Assembly: GCA_964419615.1 (NCBI GenBank)
Contig: CAYQPU010000016.1
Coordinates: 1 to 35,175, forward strand
Direction: 5' to 3'
DNA from: an uncultured Methanosarcinales archaeon
Lineage (GTDB): Archaea; Nanobdellota; Nanobdellia; Woesearchaeales; JAGVZT01
DNA: 35,175 nt
This document shows, piece by piece, positions 34,400 through 35,175 of this stretch (position 1 is its first letter; each line of letters opens with the position of its first letter). Both the position numbers and the translations under genes were made by a program. The notes under the pieces are model-generated. The model was given only the letters and a program-made list of their open reading frames with translations, was not told the DNA's origin and did not search any database.

Positions 34400-35175
34400 A
34401 TGAAACATCCTCTTCAGCCAACAATCTTAATAATTATAATGTTCCTAGCAGCCCAGCTAATTGGTTTGGCAATAATTAACCAGTACATAGACATTCCTTT
34501 AAGTCAATCAACCGGGAAAACAGTAACAAAGGATGAAACATTTAGTATGGTTGGTGTAGAACCTCCAACTGAGTTAACTTGGTGGGAAATTTTTATTGTA
34601 ATACCTGGTGCAATATTTATTGGGACTTCTGTTGTACTCTTACTTATTAAATTTAAAAAAACTAATGTTTGGAAAGTTTGGTATTTATTCGCAGTTCTAT
34701 TTGGTTTGTCTTACGCTTTAAATCCATGGTTATCAAGAATAATTTCTTTTGCAGGCCTTGCTAGTTTTACTTCCTTTATTATCTATTTTGTTTCAGCAGT
34801 TCTAAGTTACCTAAAAGTATACAAACCAAATCCTGTGCTTCACAATATGACTGAAGTTTTACTCTACGGTGGGATAGCCGCTATACTTGTTCCAATGATC
34901 CCTTCAATAGCAGCAGTTAGTGCAATTTTAATACTAATTTCAATTTATGATGCATATGCTGTATGGAAAAGCAAGCATATGATTAAGCTAGCAGAATTTC
35001 AAAAGTCCACAAAAGTATTTGCAGGATTATCACTTCCCTACAAGCAGCAATCAAAAGTAAAATCAAAAAATACAAAAACAATAAAAGTAAAAGCAGCTAT
35101 ACTTGGTGGAGGAGACCTGGCATTTCCTTTAATTTTTTCAGGAGTTGTTTTGGATTATTTGGTAAAATTAGGTTA
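34400..35175 (+). CDS. Presenilin/SPP-like GxGD intramembrane aspartyl protease, 3'-truncated by the window edge
   Basis: Not in the ORF track because it has no stop in the window. Translation from ATG 34400 (MKHPLQPTILII...) gives many TM segments, ISIYDAYAVW (YD) and LGGGDLAFP (GxGD). Confidence 0.9.
   Translation, partial: MKHPLQPTILIIIMFLAAQLIGLAIINQYIDIPLSQSTGKTVTKDETFSMVGVEPPTELTWWEIFIVIPGAIFIGTSVVLLLIKFKKTNVWKVWYLFAVLFGLSYALNPWLSRIISFAGLASFTSFIIYFVSAVLSYLKVYKPNPVLHNMTEVLLYGGIAAILVPMIPSIAAVSAILILISIYDAYAVWKSKHMIKLAEFQKSTKVFAGLSLPYKQQSKVKSKNTKTIKVKAAILGGGDLAFPLIFSGVVLDYLVKLG

Noticed and set aside
1-35175. CRISPR array, transposase, integrase or known defence system
   Set aside because: No regularly spaced repeats or diagnostic motifs were seen by eye on either strand.

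Overview
AT-rich archaeal chromosomal DNA, most consistent with a DPANN archaeon of the Woesearchaeota/Pacearchaeota type (inference from the archaeal ribosomal proteins, Alba, a stand-alone 5S rRNA, BRE/TATA promoters and K-x-AQ signal peptides). Housekeeping genes: rfcS, proS, alba, rps17e, rpl14e, rpl34e, pelota, an AK6-type kinase, a half-length aRqc2/NFACT, TrmB, TraB and a presenilin-like protease. Other genes include two PRC-barrel (CdpB-like) genes, a UDP-sugar operon (ugd, nucleotidyltransferase, epimerase, UDP-GlcA decarboxylase) and several surface proteins. Three RNA genes are absent from the ORF track: tRNA-Arg(UCG) with a 17-nt BHB intron, a 5S rRNA, and a tRNA-Trp(CCA) broken by three introns (about 31, 55 and 121 nt). 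The strongest leads are (1) the triple-intron tRNA-Trp, with a C/D-guide-like intron and a long structured T-loop intron, sitting 8 nt upstream of a Trp/Tyr-family permease; (2) a free-standing LAGLIDADG gene whose last codons are the 5' end of tRNA-Arg; and (3) a ribbon-helix-helix/degenerate nucleotidyltransferase fusion divergent from the UDP-sugar operon, next to a NUDT22-like Nudix protein. No CRISPR array or transposase was seen. All assignments come from motif recognition by eye; no searches were run.
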